A DNA stretch of 64,000 nucleotides from Deinococcus sp. (GTDB lineage Bacteria; Deinococcota; Deinococci; Deinococcales; Deinococcaceae): assembly GCA_965261005.1 (NCBI GenBank), contig OZ253375.1, positions 1-64,000 on the forward strand. The letters are read 5' to 3'. The notes beneath the pieces are model-generated. The model was given only the letters and a program-made list of their open reading frames with translations. It did no database searches and was not told the origin of the DNA. Shown here piece after piece: positions 1-9,404 of this stretch (position 1 is its first letter; each line of letters opens with the position of its first letter). A program made the translations under genes and the position numbers.

Positions 1-1291
1 CCAACTCAGTCACGCTGCGCGCGACGATATTGAGGTCGCTGTAGCTGTCGAACTCCAGTTCGTCGAACACCTCGCGCACAGTGGCGCTGACGCCTGTAAC
101 GCTGACCCCGCCCACGCTGACCTCACCCGCTCTGACCTGATCCGTGCTGGACAGCAGCGGGTTGAGGTACTTATCCTCGAAGTCGCGCGCGGCGCGCGAC
201 AGCCGCTCCTGCGCCCGGTCCAGCAGCCGCGCGACGTTGGCAAGCTGCCCCAATTGAAACCCCATTCGGCCGCGCGCCACGATCAGCTCGCCCACGCCGT
301 CCATCAGCGCGTCGAGCTTTTCGGTGCTGACCCGGACCGAGGTGCGCGCTTCCGGCGTGGCCGGGGCGGCTTCGCTGGGCTTAGGCGCGGCGGGCGCGCT
401 TTCCCCGTCCGGCAGCGTATCGCCGAGCAGGGCGGCCAGCTTGCGCCGGGTGTGGCGGGTGACGGCCGTCAGATCGCCCGCTTCCCCCTCGGCGGCGCGC
501 AGCATCCGCTCGCCGAGGTCCACCCCCTCGCCCAGCGTCTGCGTCAAGTCGCCGTACGCCACGCGCCCCCCGCGCGCCGCGTCCATCACGTCTTCCATGT
601 GGTGCCCCAGGTCGCCCAGCGGCGACAGCCCCACCATGTAGGCCGACCCCTTGAGCGTGTGCGCCGCGCGAAACAGTTGCGTGAGCGCCTCCGCGTCCGA
701 CCCGCCGCTGTCCAACACACCGCTTTCAAGCACGGCGCGCATGGTTTCCAGGTGTTCGCGCGCTTCGGGCGCGAAGTAGGACCACACGTCGGCGTGTTCG
801 CGCCAGAATCCGCTCAGGACGGCGTTGAGATCGCCGGTCGCCGTTTCTGCCGGCCCCTTCGCCTCACGCGCAAAGGCGCCCGGGTTGCTGCCGAGCAAGT
901 TCTTGAGCAGCGCGGTGCCGCCGATCTGGGCGAACTCCAACCCGAGTTCGCCCTCACCTTGCTGGACGGATACGCGCTCCAGGGCGCTGCGCAGGCACAC
1001 CAGCAGCCGCTCCAAAAAGGCGATCAGGCCTTCGCGCTGCTCGTCATTCAGGCGGGGGCGCAGGTCCAGCAGCCGCTCGGCCAGTTCGGCCAGGCGCGAC
1101 ATCTGCGTGAAGCCGTACAGCGCCGTCGTGCCCCGGACGCGGTGGCTCAGCACCGCCAGCCGCTTGAGGGTGTCCGGGTTGAAGTCCTCGCGCAAGTCGA
1201 GAATGGCCGTCTCAAGCTGCGCGAAGGTGTCCCACGAATCGAGCAAAAAGCTCTCGAAAAGTTCGCTGGAAAGGGCCGCGTCCGTGGTCAT
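1..1291 (-). CDS. CheA-like chemosensory histidine kinase (ChpA/PilL class), N-terminal part; runs off the window edge
   Basis: Hand translation from ATG at 1291 gives MTTDAALSSELFESFLLDSWD...LSHRVRGTTALYGF (Hpt1), LFRAAHTLKGSAYMVGL (Hpt2), SVRVSTEKLDALMDGVGELIV (dimerisation) and FDELEFDSYSDL (typical of pilus-class CheA). Directly downstream of the MCP. Missing from the ORF track because the stop lies outside the window. Confidence 0.9.
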   Translation of the reverse strand, partial: MTTDAALSSELFESFLLDSWDTFAQLETAILDLREDFNPDTLKRLAVLSHRVRGTTALYGFTQMSRLAELAERLLDLRPRLNDEQREGLIAFLERLLVCLRSALERVSVQQGEGELGLEFAQIGGTALLKNLLGSNPGAFAREAKGPAETATGDLNAVLSGFWREHADVWSYFAPEAREHLETMRAVLESGVLDSGGSDAEALTQLFRAAHTLKGSAYMVGLSPLGDLGHHMEDVMDAARGGRVAYGDLTQTLGEGVDLGERMLRAAEGEAGDLTAVTRHTRRKLAALLGDTLPDGESAPAAPKPSEAAPATPEARTSVRVSTEKLDALMDGVGELIVARGRMGFQLGQLANVARLLDRAQERLSRAARDFEDKYLNPLLSSTDQVRAGEVSVGGVSVTGVSATVREVFDELEFDSYSDLNIVARSVTEL

Positions 1292-1298
1292 CAGCGCC

Positions 1299-3584
1299 TT
1301 AAGACGTCAGCCGGAAACGGGTGAGCTGCGCGCTGAGGTCGCTGGCGAGTTGCTGCAATCTCTCGGCGGCCTCGCGGCCGGCTTGCACGCTGGCGCGCGA
1401 GCGCGCCGCGACGTCCGCAATTGAGCCGACCGCCGCGCCCACCTCTTCCACGCCCTGCACCTGCTCACCGGCCACCTCGGAAATCGAGCGCGCCAGCTCG
1501 GCGGATCGCTGGGCGAGCTGCGCGATCTCCTGTAGGCGCTCGCCGGCCGTGCCCGCCACGCGGTAACCGGCCTCCACCTGTTGGGTGCCGTCCTCGACCG
1601 ACACGACCACCTCCTGAATCTCGCTTTGCACGTTCTTGATCAAGGTGGCGATGCGCCCGGTCGCTTGCGCCGAGTTTTCGGCCAGCTTGCGCACCTCGTC
1701 GGCCACCACCGCGAAGCGGCTGCCCGCCTCGCCCGCGCCCGCCGCCTCGATGGCGGCGTTGAGCGCCAGCAAGTTCGTTTGCGACGAGATGCGCGAGATG
1801 GTGTCCACGATCTCCTGAATCTCCAGGGAGCGGTCGCCCAACCCCTTGATGCGCTTGGCGATGCCCTGCACCTCGCGCCGAATGCCTTGCATGCCGCTGA
1901 GGGTGCGCTCCACCGCCTCCTGCCCCTGCTGCGACGCGCTCAGCGCGAGCTGCGCCGTTTCGGCGGAAGCCTGCGCGCTGCCGGCCATGCTGCGAATCGA
2001 AGAAGTCACGCCTGCCACGTCGCCCGACACCCGCTGGGCGACGCTGGATGTTGTCTCGGCGCCCCGCACGATCTCGTCGGTCGTGGCGAGCATGGACTGC
2101 GCGCCGGCGTTCACGGACACCGAGGCGTCCTGCACGTTCAGTAGCACGCTCTCCAGCTCCCCGACCATCACGTTGATCGAGTCCACCACGTTGCCGAGCA
2201 CGTCCTCGGTCACGCGCCCGCGCTGGGTCAGGTCGCCGTCGGCGATGTTCATGGTGACGTCGAGGAACTCGCCGATGTTGTGTTGCAACTGGACGGTGCC
2301 CTCGCGCTCCAAGGTATTTTGCTGCTCGTTTTCGCGCAACTGGGCCACGGCGGTGTTGAACGAGCGGCCCACCACGCCGATCTCGTCGGTGCCTTGCGCC
2401 GGAACCTGAACGTTCAGGTTTCCCTCGCCCAGAGCGCGCGCCGCGCGGGCGAGCTGACCCAGCGGCTGAGTGATGGTGCGTCCAACCAAGGTCAGCAGCG
2501 CCAAGGCGAACAACAGTCCTATGCCCACAATGGCCAGGCCCGTAGCGCGCACCCGCTGAAATTTTGAAGAGCGGTCTTGGAGCTGCTGCCTCAGCTCATT
2601 CAGGGTGAGGTCGTACAGCGTGTACTGAGCGTTGCTCAATGCCGTCGAGAGTTGTCGGTAGTTGGCGCTGGAGGCGGTGACGGTGGCCGGCGCAAGAATC
2701 TGCTGCTGGTAGACGTTGAGCAGGTTTTGAGCGGCTTTGGACATGATGTCGGCGTTGTTCTTGAGTGGAAGGGAGAGTAGAGAAGACACGGTGCCGAAGG
2801 TGAAGTACTGTCCCAATTGCCTCTCGGCTTCACGCGCCGCGGCCAGGCCAGTCGCCAGCTCCGCTTTTTGGGCGTTGGTGTTTTGTCCGCGGTCAATAGC
2901 CGTGAGGCCCAGAGTTTGCAGAATACCCACGCTGGGCAAATAAAGCGGGAAGATCTGCGTCGTGAGATAGATCAGGTAGTAGCTTTGGCTCTGCGTATCG
3001 AGCGCAAATGAGAAAGCGTTGCTGACCGTCGAAAACAGCGGTTGCACGCTCTCTTTGATCAACCGCGTGTGCAGGCGCGTGCTTTCCGCCGGAGAGATCG
3101 CTCCTTTTTCAACCGTGTTCTTAACTTGTTGCCACTCGTTTTGCAGGGCCGCAATGGCCGGCGCGACCTTGAGGCCTCGCCCCTGAACCGCGTCAAGTCG
3201 GGTCAGATCGTTCAGGCGCGCGTCAATCTGCTGGGTGAGCTGCGCCAAGGTTTGCCGGTCGGCGGCTGTTGCTCTCTGGCCGAGAACCTGTGCAGACGCG
3301 CGGCGGTGTAAGTCCATGTCTTGGAGTAAGTCTGTGAGCGGCGGAAAGTATTGGTATCCGCGCGTCTCTTGCCGAAGGGCATTGATGCTGCCTTGCTGTC
3401 CTTGCAGCCACAAGAAGAGCGGTACGAGGATGAGTAGGCTGAAGATCACGGCAATCAGACCGAGCTTTTGCCCTACGCGCAGCTCGTTTAAGGAGCGTGG
3501 CGGCCTACTGCTGAGACGCTGAATCCGACGATTTGGCTCAGGTGGTGAGGGCCGGAGTAGAGGTTGGTCAGCATTTGAGTCCAT
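1299..3584 (-). CDS. Methyl-accepting chemotaxis protein (PilJ-like): TM, helical sensor, TM, HAMP, signalling domain
   Basis: QTNLLALNAAIEAAGAGEAGSRFAVVADEVRKLAE hairpin motif, two TM segments, HAMP (ITQPLGQL...DEIG). Lies between cheW and cheA. Confidence 0.95.
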   Translation of the reverse strand: MDSNADQPLLRPSPPEPNRRIQRLSSRPPRSLNELRVGQKLGLIAVIFSLLILVPLFLWLQGQQGSINALRQETRGYQYFPPLTDLLQDMDLHRRASAQVLGQRATAADRQTLAQLTQQIDARLNDLTRLDAVQGRGLKVAPAIAALQNEWQQVKNTVEKGAISPAESTRLHTRLIKESVQPLFSTVSNAFSFALDTQSQSYYLIYLTTQIFPLYLPSVGILQTLGLTAIDRGQNTNAQKAELATGLAAAREAERQLGQYFTFGTVSSLLSLPLKNNADIMSKAAQNLLNVYQQQILAPATVTASSANYRQLSTALSNAQYTLYDLTLNELRQQLQDRSSKFQRVRATGLAIVGIGLLFALALLTLVGRTITQPLGQLARAARALGEGNLNVQVPAQGTDEIGVVGRSFNTAVAQLRENEQQNTLEREGTVQLQHNIGEFLDVTMNIADGDLTQRGRVTEDVLGNVVDSINVMVGELESVLLNVQDASVSVNAGAQSMLATTDEIVRGAETTSSVAQRVSGDVAGVTSSIRSMAGSAQASAETAQLALSASQQGQEAVERTLSGMQGIRREVQGIAKRIKGLGDRSLEIQEIVDTISRISSQTNLLALNAAIEAAGAGEAGSRFAVVADEVRKLAENSAQATGRIATLIKNVQSEIQEVVVSVEDGTQQVEAGYRVAGTAGERLQEIAQLAQRSAELARSISEVAGEQVQGVEEVGAAVGSIADVAARSRASVQAGREAAERLQQLASDLSAQLTRFRLTS

Positions 3585-3796
3585 GGATTACGTCCTTGAG
3601 CAGAAAGAGAAGTCCTTCAAGTCGATATGCGAAAACCGCCCCGTCGGATGTCTCAGCAAGGCGCGCCACGTTTGGGATGACTTGAAGAGACGGAAAAGAT
3701 GGAGGGGCAAAGCGGACGGCGTCCTCTTTTATAACGCGCTGTTGTGGCTGGCTGTTTCATGACGCTCCTTGAAAAAAAGATGGCTGACGGGAAGCT

Positions 3797-4222
3797 TCAA
3801 GACGAGATGGGCACGCCGCGGGCGGCGAGCAGCTGCGCGGCTTGTTCGGGATCAAGCACGATGATGGCGCGGCCGTCGGTCAGCCTTCGCGAGTTGAGCG
3901 GCGCGCTCTCTTCGTCCGCGCCGCTCAAGGCTCCGAAGCCGAGCACGTCGCTCACCGCGACGGCGAAGGTATCGTCCGTGTTCTGCAAGACGACGGCGCG
4001 CTCTGTCTGAGCGGACGGTAAGCCGAGCAGAACCGCGAGGTCGAGCAAGGGCACGGCCGCGCCGCGCACCGCGATCAGGCCCAGTAAGGCGGGGGCGGCG
4101 CGCGGTAAGCGCGTGACGCCCGGCACGTCCACCACCTGCCGAACGTACCGGGAATCGAGGCCCAGCAGGGTAGCGCCCACTTGCAGCAGCAGAACGCGTG
4201 AGGGCGTGGCGGGCGGCGTCAC
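3797..4222 (-). CDS. cheW: CheW-like coupling protein
   Basis: VTRLPRAAPALLGLIAVRGAAVPLLDL CheW signature. GTG start at 4222 directly after the response regulator stop. Confidence 0.88.
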   Translation of the reverse strand: MTPPATPSRVLLLQVGATLLGLDSRYVRQVVDVPGVTRLPRAAPALLGLIAVRGAAVPLLDLAVLLGLPSAQTERAVVLQNTDDTFAVAVSDVLGFGALSGADEESAPLNSRRLTDGRAIIVLDPEQAAQLLAARGVPISS

Positions 4223-4224
4223 CC

Positions 4225-4587
4225 TCAGCCTACGACGCGCGCGACGGCGGCGAGCACCTGCTCGGCGGTGTAGGGCTTGATCAGGTAGGCCTTGGCGCCT
4301 TGACGCAGACCCCAACTCACGTCCGTTTCGGCGCCTTTGGAGGAAACCAGCACCACTGGCACGTCCTTGGTCGCGGGATTGCGGCGCAAACCGCGCAGCA
4401 CCTCGTAACCGTTTTTCCCCGGCATGACCACGTCGAGCATCACCAAGTCCGGGGCGTCGGCGACGACGCGCGCCTCGGCCTGGGTCGGATCGTCGAGGGT
4501 CGCGGCGGTATGGCGGTTGGCCGTGAGAATGCTTTCGAGCATTCTCAGGTCGGAGGGGGAATCGTCCACGATTAGAATATTGGCCAC
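4225..4587 (-). CDS. Single-domain response regulator (CheY/PilH-like)
   Basis: ILIVDDS...PDLVMLDVVMPGKNGYEV...WGLRQGAKAYLIKP. GTG at 4587 preceded by an AAGGAG SD. Confidence 0.92.
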   Translation of the reverse strand: MANILIVDDSPSDLRMLESILTANRHTAATLDDPTQAEARVVADAPDLVMLDVVMPGKNGYEVLRGLRRNPATKDVPVVLVSSKGAETDVSWGLRQGAKAYLIKPYTAEQVLAAVARVVG

Positions 4588-4738
4588 CGGGAATGTTCTC
4601 CTTGTCTGGAAGTGCGATCGTCGATAAACGAACGTTCGGCTGAACTGGGGCGCTGGGCGCGCGCTCATGCAGTGGTTCGCGGTAAGGCCCGTCGCCAAGC
4701 TTTGCCTCATGACGTGCTTCATTTCTCCAAAGTAACCC

Positions 4739-4770
4739 AGCACCCTTTGTATATTAGCACCCTTTGTATA
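4739..4770. repeat. Perfect 15-bp direct repeat AGCACCCTTTGTATA x2 (period 17) upstream of the chemosensory operon
   Basis: Seen at 4739-4753 and 4756-4770. Confidence 0.9.
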
Positions 4771-4855
4771 ACAAAAAGCTTACAGGAAAAGACCCATTGT
4801 GAGAAATTATATGCCATGCCGTTTCGATGAGAATGTCAGAAAACGCGTGCTCAAT

Positions 4856-4988
4856 GGATGGATAGGGGCGCTTGGATTCCAACCTGTGTTGGGAAAGCGC
4901 CAACATAGGTTTCCATCGTCGCCCCATCCGTATTTTCTTGTACTCGCCCCGCTCGGATTCGTCTTCGACTTATCTTGAGTTCGTATGA
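4856..4988. repeat. Deinococcal small non-coding repeat (SNR-like), copy 1
   Basis: Reverse complement matches 9005-9133 at roughly 85-90% by eye. Nested hairpins and a GTAT-type end. Confidence 0.85.
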
Positions 4989-5080
4989 ATATTTAAATAT
5001 TTTCTCATACATCGGCGATCATCCTTTGAATGGTACCGGACGTCAGCGCTTTCTTTTGCGTCGCCTGCTACCCTTTTTTT

Positions 5081-6025
5081 ATGCACTCCGAGGCCAGCGG
5101 CGAGCTTCCCATTTCGCCCTCACGTCCCGCCGCCAAGCTGACGCCGCTGGTGGCCAACCGCGCCGTTCTGGCCTACATGCTGGTGTCCTTCGCGCTTCAA
5201 TGGCTGTTGATCGCGGTCCTTGGACTGCCCATCGGCGTGACGCTGCTGATCAGCGGGGCGACCACGTTGGGGCTGTACGCGCTGCTGTTTTCTGGGGCCC
5301 TGTGCGAATTGCGAAGCTCGGCGCGCTGGCGCACGCCGCCCGACTGGCTGACCATGCTGGGCGCCCTGGGGCTGGGGCTGGTCGCCTCGCGGGCGCTGGC
5401 AGTCTTTTTGCAGGCGGTCTGGCCGGCCAGCGGTCAGGCGCTGCAAAACTACAACTTGCAATTTCTGGCCGGCGGCGGGGTGGTTTGGCTGATTTTGGGC
5501 GGCGGTTTGCTGATTCCCTTTGTCGAGGAGCTGACCTTTCGCGGCTTTGGCCTGACCTCCTACGAGGCGCGGCGCGGTCCCCTCTTTGCGGCGCTGGCGA
5601 CCAGCGCGCTGTTCGCCTTGGTCCACGGCGTGCCCGCGCAGGTGATCGCGGTGCTGCCGCTCGGCTGGATTATCGCGCGGGCGGTGCAGTTCAGCGGCAG
5701 CTTCTGGACTGGCGTGCTGATCCACGCCAGCAACAACACGCTCTCCTTTGTGCTGGCGGCGGCGCTGACCTCCATGCCCGGCGCGGACAAGCTGCTGGGC
5801 GAAAGCGCGCAGACGCGGGTGTCCCCGACAACCGGCCTGGTCGCGCTCGCCTTTGCCGGAGCGGCGCTCTGGGCCGCCACCGCTTGGCTGAAGCCGAGAG
5901 CGCAGTCCGCTCGCACCGGTGGGCCGGTGTGGTCGTGGAGCCTGCTCGTTCCCCTGCTGTACTTTGCGCTGGCCGCCTCGGGTGAGCGGATCTCGGAGCT
6001 GGTGAGCCGCTTGCGGCCCCAATAA
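5081..6025 (+). CDS. CPBP (CAAX/Abi) family intramembrane metalloprotease
   Basis: [12 protein letters not shown] and HASNN motifs with multiple TMs. Leaderless start TACCCT-N6-ATG at 5081. Confidence 0.9.
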   Translation: MHSEASGELPISPSRPAAKLTPLVANRAVLAYMLVSFALQWLLIAVLGLPIGVTLLISGATTLGLYALLFSGALCELRSSARWRTPPDWLTMLGALGLGLVASRALAVFLQAVWPASGQALQNYNLQFLAGGGVVWLILGGGLLIPFVEELTFRGFGLTSYEARRGPLFAALATSALFALVHGVPAQVIAVLPLGWIIARAVQFSGSFWTGVLIHASNNTLSFVLAAALTSMPGADKLLGESAQTRVSPTTGLVALAFAGAALWAATAWLKPRAQSARTGGPVWSWSLLVPLLYFALAASGERISELVSRLRPQ

Positions 6026-6033
6026 CAGCGTCC

Positions 6034-6399
6034 GTGATCGCACGCCTCAACACCCTCGCGCGGCGCCTCAAGGCCGACCTGCTCGCGCTGGGCATTGCGG
6101 CGCGCGACCCGCGCACCCCCTGGTACGCGAGGCTGGTGGCGGGCCTGACCGTCGCCTACGCCCTCAGCCCGATTGACCTGATTCCGGACTTTATCCCGGT
6201 TCTGGGCTACCTCGACGACTTGATCTTGGTGCCGCTGGGGTTGTGGCTGTCGCTGAGACTGGTGCCGCCGCAGGTGCTGGCCGAGGCCCGCGAGGTGGCG
6301 GGGCAGGGCCGGGCCGGACAGAACTGGTGGGGCGCCGCCTTGGTGATCCTGGTGTGGACGCTGCTGGGCGCTTGGCTCTTGTGGAAAGTGTTGCGCTAG
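6034..6399 (+). CDS. YkvA/DUF1232 family membrane protein
   Basis: [21 protein letters not shown] signature. Confidence 0.92.
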   Translation: MIARLNTLARRLKADLLALGIAARDPRTPWYARLVAGLTVAYALSPIDLIPDFIPVLGYLDDLILVPLGLWLSLRLVPPQVLAEAREVAGQGRAGQNWWGAALVILVWTLLGAWLLWKVLR

Positions 6400-6411
6400 C
6401 CCAGCGCCACG

Positions 6412-7209
6412 TTAACTCAGCGCCGCGTTCAGCTCGTCCCGAAAGCCCCGCGCCGCCGCCACGCTGGCCGCCACGCTCAACCCGTCCGCGTATTGAATGC
6501 CCCGGCTGGCCGAGGCGACGGCGCTCACCCCGCCCGGTAAAAAGGCCGGGGCCAGGTCGGCGGCCCGCGCTCCCTGCGCCCCCAGGCCCGGCAGCAATAG
6601 GGTCGCCCCCGGCATCAGGCGGCGAAAGTGGGCCAACTCGCCCGCGTGCGTCGCCCCCACCACCGCGCCGACGGGGGAGAGGTCGTCGTCTTGCACGCCC
6701 AGCCGCGCGACCTCCCCCGCCACCCCCTCGGCCACACCCCTACCCTGCACGTCCGCGCCGCCGGGGTTGGAGGTCCGCACCAGCACGAACACGCCGCCGC
6801 CGTTCTCGCGCGCCGCCTCGACAAAAGGGGTCAGCGTTTCCCAACCCAAGTAGGGGTTCACCGTCAGGGCGTCCCCCGCGTGCCGTCCGCTCAGCCAAGC
6901 GCGGGCGTAGGCCGTGGCGGTGCTGCCGATGTCGCCGCGTTTGCCGTCCAGAATCACCGGCAGCCCCAGCACACGGGCGAGGGCGCAGACCTCCTCTAGC
7001 AGCTTGAAGCCCTCCAGTCCCAGCGCCTCGTAAAAGGCAAGCTGCGGCTTGGCGCAGGCGGCCAAGTCGGCGCAGGCTTCCAGCACTTCCAGCGTGTGGG
7101 CGCGCAGGTGGGCGAGGTCGCGGTACGCCCCCGCGCGGGGGTCGAGACCCAAACACAGGCGGGTGTTGAGCCGCCGGGTGCGCCCGCGCAGGAGGGCGGG
7201 AAAGGTCAC
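6412..7209 (-). CDS. pyrF: Orotidine-5'-phosphate decarboxylase
   Basis: [47 protein letters not shown]. Confidence 0.95.
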   Translation of the reverse strand: MTFPALLRGRTRRLNTRLCLGLDPRAGAYRDLAHLRAHTLEVLEACADLAACAKPQLAFYEALGLEGFKLLEEVCALARVLGLPVILDGKRGDIGSTATAYARAWLSGRHAGDALTVNPYLGWETLTPFVEAARENGGGVFVLVRTSNPGGADVQGRGVAEGVAGEVARLGVQDDDLSPVGAVVGATHAGELAHFRRLMPGATLLLPGLGAQGARAADLAPAFLPGGVSAVASASRGIQYADGLSVAASVAAARGFRDELNAALS

Positions 7210-7365
7210 GGGTGGGCCACGCCGTCAATTCGCATGGCAAAATTTACCTAAAAACGATGTGCCGTGGAACGCATAACTTGCCCATGTACGCCTCCGGCTT
7301 TTATCGGGAATTACCCTCAAAAGGTATACTCTTACGGCTAAGAAGATCATCCTGGAGGTTCAACC

Positions 7366-7728
7366 ATGTCCGCACATTCTCCTGTCAAAATTCACTTGGC
7401 CGAAGTCCTGCACCGGCACCGGCTCACTCAGAAACAGCTCGCTGAGGCCGCGCATATGCGCTCCGCGACCATCAACGCCATCTACCAAGGACGGGTAGAA
7501 CGTCTGGAGCTGAACACCCTGGCCGGCCTGGTGACCGGACTTCGGCGCTTGGGCGCAGATGTGAACGTGGGCGACCTGCTCGAAGTAACCGAACAGCAAG
7601 ATGAGACGGCGCTCTGGGACGCGGCCAGCGCAGCCGATCTCGAACGCGCGCTCGACGAGTTGGAGGCGGACGAGGACCCTGAAGACCTGCACGCCTGGCT
7701 GGCCGCCTTTGAGCAGGCCGCGAGGTGA
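7366..7728 (+). CDS. XRE-family HTH protein, probable antitoxin
   Basis: N-terminal HTH (LTQKQLAEAAHMRSATINAIY), acidic C-terminus, GGAGG SD, GTGA overlap with the PemK/MazF-like frame. Confidence 0.8.
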   Translation: MSAHSPVKIHLAEVLHRHRLTQKQLAEAAHMRSATINAIYQGRVERLELNTLAGLVTGLRRLGADVNVGDLLEVTEQQDETALWDAASAADLERALDELEADEDPEDLHAWLAAFEQAAR

Positions 7729-7987
7729 ACCGCACTTACGAACGCGGCGCCGTGGTGATGGTGAACCTTGAACCCGTGGTGGGTAGCGAACAGGGACGGG
7801 TGCGGCCTTGCGTGGTGGTGAGCGATCTCGACGCGGTGCGCGCTTCGCGCTCCAAGCCCGTGTACGTGGTCGTACCCTTCGCTCGATTGACCCTGCGCGG
7901 ATGCACGCTCAGGCCGGTCAACTTGAGGACGGGGAACTCCGTCCCATTCAGGCGGGCATCAGCCGCTTGATGAAGCTGGGGTGCTGA
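7725..7987 (+). pseudogene. PemK/MazF-family toxin, internally deleted and frameshifted
   Basis: The first frame gives RGAVVMVNLEPVVGSEQGRVRPCVVVS...VVVP. The MazF C-terminus (LRSIDPARM...GQL...IQAGISRLMKLGC*) continues in another frame from 7877 to 7987. The central part of the fold is absent. Confidence 0.8.
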
Positions 7988-8046
7988 GCCTTTCTTAGGC
8001 TCCGGTGTCTGAACCCGACGGCCACTGCTGTTCTCGACAGATATGC

Positions 8047-8925
8047 TCATCCAATCTCTACCCCGGCCCAGCGCTCGATCAGCTTGAGGGCGGCGGTGTG
8101 GTCCTCGCCCTCGCCGATCTCGTGGCTGGCAATCCTGAACAAGCTCTCGATCAGGGTCAGCACCGGGGCGCCCTGTCCAGCGGCCCGCACCACGTCGAGG
8201 GCCAAACCGGCGTCCTTGGCGAGCAGGCCCAGCTTGAAGGTCGCGGGAAAGGTCCGGGTCAGCACGCGCTGCGGAATCAGGTTCTCGCTGGCGTTGCTGC
8301 GCCCGCTGGAGGCGTTGATGACTTCCAAGGCCGCGCCCAGATTCACACCGGCCGCCGCGAGGGCCGCCAGCCCCTCGCCCGCCGCCCACAAGTTCACGGC
8401 CAGCAGGGCGTTGTTGACGGCCTTGACGGCGTGCCCGCTGCCCACCGCGCCCACCCGCACGATCTTGGCGCCAAAGGCTTCCAGGGCGGGGCGCACCTCC
8501 TCCAAGGTCGCTTCCGGCCCGCCGAACATCACGCTCAGGGCGCCCTTTTCGGCCCCCGTCACCCCGCCGGACACCGGGGCGTCCACGAACTCGACGCCGC
8601 GCTCGGCGAGCCTCTGGGCCAGCTCGCGCGTCGTCTGCGGGTCGCCGCTGGTGCAGTCCACCCACACCAGCCCCTCACGGGCGCCCGAAATCACCTGCGG
8701 CGCCAGGGACGCCACGTCCGCCGAGGTCGGCAGGCAGGTGAATAGAATGTCGGCCTCGGCCGCCTCCGCCACGCCCCCCGCCAGCTTGGAGCTGAACTCG
8801 GCGGCGTGCGCGAGGGCCTTTTCGCGCGTGCGGTTCCACACCAGCGTCTCGAACTTGCCGGCGAGGTGCCCCGCCATCGGGTAACCCATCGCGCCCAACC
8901 CCAGAAAAGCGACCGTGACGTTCAT
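8047..8925 (-). CDS. NAD(P)-dependent oxidoreductase, 3-hydroxyisobutyrate dehydrogenase family
   Basis: FLGLGAMGYPMA, DAPVSGG, VKAVNN. Leaderless TAGGCT-N6-ATG. Confidence 0.92.
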   Translation of the reverse strand: MNVTVAFLGLGAMGYPMAGHLAGKFETLVWNRTREKALAHAAEFSSKLAGGVAEAAEADILFTCLPTSADVASLAPQVISGAREGLVWVDCTSGDPQTTRELAQRLAERGVEFVDAPVSGGVTGAEKGALSVMFGGPEATLEEVRPALEAFGAKIVRVGAVGSGHAVKAVNNALLAVNLWAAGEGLAALAAAGVNLGAALEVINASSGRSNASENLIPQRVLTRTFPATFKLGLLAKDAGLALDVVRAAGQGAPVLTLIESLFRIASHEIGEGEDHTAALKLIERWAGVEIG

Positions 8926-9004
8926 GGACACAGCCTAGCGGGAAGGCGGGGCGGGGCGAGGGTAGAGGGCACGAAGTTGATCGGGCATCTCGTGATTGGG
9001 CATC

Positions 9005-9133
9005 TCATACGAACTTAAGATGAGTCGAAGACGAATCCGAGCGGAGCGAGTACAAGAGAGTACGGGATGGCGACGATGGAAATCTATGTTGGTGCTTTTC
9101 CAACATAGGTTGGAATCAAAGCCATCCCGTATC
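9005..9133. repeat. Deinococcal small non-coding repeat (SNR-like), copy 2, inverted relative to copy 1
   Basis: Internal IR TACGGGATGGC (9061-9071) / GCCATCCCGTA (9121-9131) encloses the hairpin CTATGTTGG...CCAACATAG. Homologous to 4856-4988. Confidence 0.85.
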
Positions 9134-9404
9134 AATGCTTCTCACCCAAATGACGAGCATTTGACAGTGCTAGGCGCGGATGGTGACATGAACGAGCAGA
9201 AGGAGCAAAGTTCAGCAACTGACAGCTTGGTGTTCAGCCCCAACAGAAAAAAGCTCCTCTTCTAGAGAATCATGGAGGCGGGAATCTACCAAGTAACCTG
9301 GAAAAACACCCCCTCGCACCCCGCCGCTTTCGCTAGGCGATGCCTTCCCGCCCCGCCTGTGAAAAACGACCTGTTCTGTGCCGCCTGCCTGCGTATGACG
9401 GGGC

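Noticed and set aside
4687..4706. Minus-strand GGCAAA-GCTTG-GCGA-CGGGC hairpin resembling part of a c-di-GMP-I riboswitch upstream of the chemosensory operon
   Set aside because: The following GACGCAAA and second-stem features are absent, so there is too little support without an Infernal search.
7870..7890. Programmed ribosomal frameshift in mazF
   Set aside because: No strong slippery site or stimulator, and the central part of the fold is missing, so a deletion explains it better.
9135..9400. Lower-GC intergenic stretch next to repeat copy 2, with short ORFs
   Set aside because: No convincing SD, family motif or structure. It may be a decayed foreign fragment but cannot be supported.
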